Shown piece after piece: positions 60,145 to 64,000 of a stretch of 64,000 nt of DNA; position 1 is the stretch's first letter; each line of letters opens with the position of its first letter. The translations under genes and the position numbers were made by a program. The stretch covers positions 42,904,001 through 42,968,000 of the forward strand of contig OZ286474.1 in the NCBI GenBank assembly GCA_965644265.1, given 5' to 3'. Under the pieces are notes generated by a model. That model had not been told where the DNA came from. It saw nothing but the letters and a program-made list of their open reading frames with translations, and did no database searches. This DNA comes from Glycera tridactyla (lineage: Eukaryota).

Positions 60145-63100
60145 TGGGAGATTTATGATAAAGCGATTATTCATGGGGGGATCATCGATATCATGGGGTG
60201 GGGCGGGAGTGACCTGACGATGGACAAGGAGTGGTGGAAGGGGTTGAAGATGGTGACAGAACTGGGGGATGTAGTGCGGGTGGCGCTGAGGAGGGTGAAA
60301 CCGGTGGGGGAGTGATCGTGTCGGAGGTGCTGCCGAGGAGGAAGAGAGGAGAGGGGGAGACGAGGGATGTGGGAATGAGGGCTGAAAATGAGGTGGTGAG
60401 AAGATTCAACACGATGGTGGAGGGGATGGTGACTGATCAAGGGGAGTTGGAGGGAAAGTCGGTGTGGTGCGTGAGACATGGGGGGTTTTGGCGGGATGAT
60501 GTTTTGGCGGAGGAATTTGCTTGGGAGAATGGGCTTCACTTGAATGGGGCGGGAAAGGAGAAGTTGGTGGAAGAGTTGTGAGGGGGCTGGCGGAGTATGT
60601 CTGGAGGAGGCTGCATGGGAGGAGCAATGAGGCAGGAGGAGGGGCAGAGAGATGCGGGTGAGGCAGGGGGAAGGAAGAAGGGGGAAGTAGGTGGAGTAGA
60701 CGCAGACGAGGGTTGTTGGTTGGTTGGTTGTGGTTTAACGTCACGTCAGCACCATCTGGGCTATATTGTGATGCCCATGCAAGTGTGGAAGTTTCAAATG
60801 GTGCAAAATTGAATAGAACCAAGAAACCTACAGGCGCAGTGCACCACCAAGAGGTCAGCTACTTGAAGGTCATGGGGTGAGAAAAGATGTGGAGAGAATC
60901 TTTGAAATTCATGCGCTCAATGCTGAAAGACTAGCATCTTTGGGTAGCACTATTGCGAGTCATTTGACAGTACCATGGACAGCAAGGCTCCAAAAATCAA
61001 GTACTTCTCCACCTGAGAGTTTGGATTTTAGGATAGCTGCTGCAGAAGCACAGAAAAATGAGATGCCTGAGTGAATATCCAATATAAATATACACAAAGA
61101 GGAGTATACTCCAGTCAATGACACCCCGGACATGTTGGTTGGTTGGTTGGTTGGTTGTGGTTTATATGGCTATATTGTGACGCCCATGCAATGGGCATGG
61201 GTGGGGCCTTCCAAGACTCCTCCTTCTGGGTCATAAACGGAAGGTGAAATGATATGAAAATCACAGACACTCAAGGTGCCATTTCAGAGACAGCACCCCG
61301 GAAAAAATGCTGATTTTTGTTTTGTTTGTTTGTTTTGTTGGGGGTGTAACGTCACGTCAGCTCCATCTGGGCTATATTGTGACGCCCATGCAATGGGCAT
61401 GGGTGGGATCATTCAAGACTCCTCCTTCTGGGTTCCCAACAGAAGGCCAAAATTTATGAAATTCACAGACACTCAAGGTGTCATTATGGTCTGATATTGC
61501 ATTTGATGAAAAGTCAGATGAAGCCCATCACGAAGGACCAAACCTGTTGGGTTGGTTGTCTGTGAGAATGTTTAGTTTCAGCTTGAACCGATGCATCTTG
61601 TCTACAAGGGAGTGATGAAGCGTCTCCTTGGGTCTCGGAGTTGAAATCAAGCTAATGATTTGATCTCCGGTACTCCAATATCAATGCAAGCCTATATACC
61701 AGAAGAGTTCACAAGAAACCCCCGCTCTCCTGGGGTAGATTCCTGCTCTACACTGGTATGGTGGCACAAAATATCTTATGCACCATACAAGCACTTCATG
61801 TCTGCATGAAATCATCTTTCCAATCCAAATCTATCATCCCGGCTTACAGATTATGCAGAAAATCTCCTGGTTTGCTTTGACCAGCACTTTTCTCGCCTAT
61901 ATGCAAATGATTCCGTTGTGTACAATGTAAACTGTTTGATTCATTTGGCTGAAGATGTCGGAAAATGTGGTCCATCTGAAACCATCCCTGATTTTCCCTT
62001 GGAGAATTACCTTGGTGGTTTGAAGCAGTTAGTCACAGAGCCCCCACAAGAATGTACAGTCGAACCTCCTCTGAAGACTACCTCTCCATGAAGACCACCC
62101 TGAGCTGCAACCGTGGTAGTATTTTCAACAGTAAATGTTCTCTATAAAGACCACCTCCCTATAAAGGCAACTTTTTGGTGCAACCGAAGCCGGTCTTTAT
62201 AGACAGGTTCCACTGTATATATGTTCTGCGTTCACAGTGAGAGCTTCACCCGACAGGCATTCATGCCCAGTACTATTTTATTAATTCTGAATTGCCAAAC
62301 ATCTGTGTGGGAATAGATTCCAAAATTCAGTCAGTAACATTTCGGAATGTCAGTTCGGTTGGCTGCGGTGAGGGTGGTGGTGAGGGAGGGGAAATCCATT
62401 GTGGGTGGGGAGGGAAGTTCAGGCAGTGAAGGAATCGAGGATGCCAGAGGAGAGGGTGCGGGTGGGGGTCCTTGAGACGGTAAGACGGAGGACAGGGTGG
62501 GATAGGATGTTTAAAGACGCGCTCTGGAACAGCCGAGGGATCTTGTCTTTGTTTGTTTGTTTGTTTGTTTGAGGCTTAACGGCATGTATCAACCCACAGG
62601 ATTATGTATGCGGGGATCTTGTCAGTGGACTGGGGCAAGGACGAGTATTGGGGGAGGGGAAGAACTGGGTGGGGAAAGAATGAGCTGGGCAAAATCCTGA
62701 TGGAGGTGAGGCGCGATGTCAGGAGGGATATAGTTGGAGAACGCCGAGAGGAGTCGCAAGGTAGGGGGCGTGGGGTAGGAGGTAGGGGGTGAAGCTGGAA
62801 GAGGGGGGTGCGGAAGGGGAGTGACGGTGGAAGGAAGGGGGGTTGTCGCGGTGAACAGGGAGAGGAGAGTGGGCGTAGGGGAGGAGCAGGAGGAGATGGA
62901 GATGGGACGAAGCATGGGGGGAGCAGGAGTAGGAGTATGAGCAGAGAAGGGTCAGAGGAGGAGGGCAAAAGAGGTAGGGCTGAACAGGAAAGGGCCAAGG
63001 AGGAGCCTGGGGAGAAAGATGCGGAGGGGCAGGCAGCTGGAGAGACAGAGGAGAAGAGTGTGAGGGGGAGGGGCACGAGGATGAGGAGGCGAGGAGGGGA

Positions 63101-64000
63101 GAGGGACACAAGGATGAGGAGTCGAGGGGAGTAACCCGGATTGGAGCCCAGGGGGCAGCGGAGGGGGAAAGTATAGGAGGTGCAAAAGGAGGAGGTTAGT
63201 ATGGAACTTGACGAGGGGGAGGCATTATTGGGGACGGAAGACTCGGGGAATGAGGGAGGGTTGGGCAAGATGACAGAATCACAGGAGGAGACAGAGAGGC
63301 TGCTAAGCATGGGGACCCGGTGGAGGGGAAAAATCTGGAGGCGAGGGAAGTGGAGCACATGAGGAGAGTGGGGGAGGGGGGGAAGAAACGTAAATTCTTA
63401 GTGGTAGGGGATTCGATGGTGAGGGAAGCGGACATGGGGAAGTGTCAGGATAGGGAGGAGGGGGAAAGGAAATGGTGTTGTTTTAGGTCCACTTTCTGCA
63501 CTTGAGTAGGCTGAATCAGACCACCTGCCATGGAGGAGCGAAGATGAAGGGTGAACATTCCTGCATGGTGGGCCCGGGGATTGAACCCCGGGCCCATTGC
63601 ACTGGCCCAGTACGCTACCACTAAGCCACTGAGGCAGGGCCTGGGAGGAGGGGGATTCGGGGTTGGAGATAGACTGAAGGAGAAACTGGGGGAGGGATGG
63701 GTTGTGGACAATGTGGCCGCTGGGGAGGCAAACTTGAAGAGGCTAGCGAGGCAGGTGAGGATGGGGTTGAAGGGGGTGCCGGCGGAAGAATGGGAGTTTG
63801 TTTTTTTGTTTGTTTGTTTGAGTTAAACGTCACCTAAACCCGCTTGGGTTATATTGGACTGAAAAACTGAAAATGCTGAAGAAAAGAGTCACTGCCTGCC
63901 GGGGCGCCGTCCCTACTCTTTGCAAAACACAGCAGTGGATCTTTAACGTGCGTAAAGAAAAAGGCTCCTAAATACAAGGCCGGCCTTTGATATCCCAGTT

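Larger units (their letters stand above)
58076..60581 (+). pseudogene. Decayed ORF with an N-terminal NADAR (YbiA-like) domain, a G/E/R-rich linker and a C-terminal SGNH/GDSL esterase; probable non-LTR ORF1
   Basis: After removing three inserts with TSDs: GREVQAVKESRMPEERVRVGVLETVRRRTGWDRMFKDALWNSRGILSVDWGKDEYWGRGRTGWGKNELGKILMEVRRDVR ... KFLVVGDSMVRE ... DKAIIHGG ... VIVSEVLPR ... ENGLHLNGAGKEKL. The 5' part is repeated at 62384-63797. Confidence 0.7.
56472..64000. repeat. Recent 4,308-bp tandem segmental duplication (copy 1 56472-60779; copy 2 from 60780 to past the window end)
   Basis: All ORFs recur at +4308. The junction fuses a family-A element (gcccatgCAA) to the transposase (CAAgtgtgg). 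Only about five substitutions seen in ~3.2 kb. Confidence 0.95.

Overview
Animal genomic DNA, probably a lophotrochozoan/mollusc-like invertebrate (inferred from the repeat types). It is almost entirely repeat-derived and has six N-gaps. The only host-gene piece I can support is the last coding exon (intracellular loop plus TM4) of a nicotinic acetylcholine receptor-type Cys-loop channel subunit (7767-8219, +). Its splice acceptor is the final unit of an ~85-90 bp tandem repeat. The rest comprises: (i) an I/Nimb-type LINE (APE-RT-RNaseH) at 23512-32378 with a 12-bp TSD, its ORF1 split by a ~4-kb TIR element, plus several truncated copies; (ii) a 22-kb higher-order tandem array (22243-44645) carrying 13 copies of a decayed fragment of an uncharacterised transposon-like protein; (iii) a decayed CR1/L2-group LINE with nested inserts, including a young internally deleted Gypsy element; (iv) decayed Kolobok-type and EnSpm-type transposase fragments; (v) a decayed ORF combining a NADAR domain with an SGNH esterase, resembling a non-LTR ORF1; (vi) a recent 4,308-bp tandem duplication; (vii) many MITEs, microsatellites and short retroposed units. 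The best leads are the NADAR+SGNH ORF, headless retroposed units with fixed 5' ends at RNA hairpins, and the amplified splice-acceptor array. All family assignments come from motif recognition by eye, not database searches.
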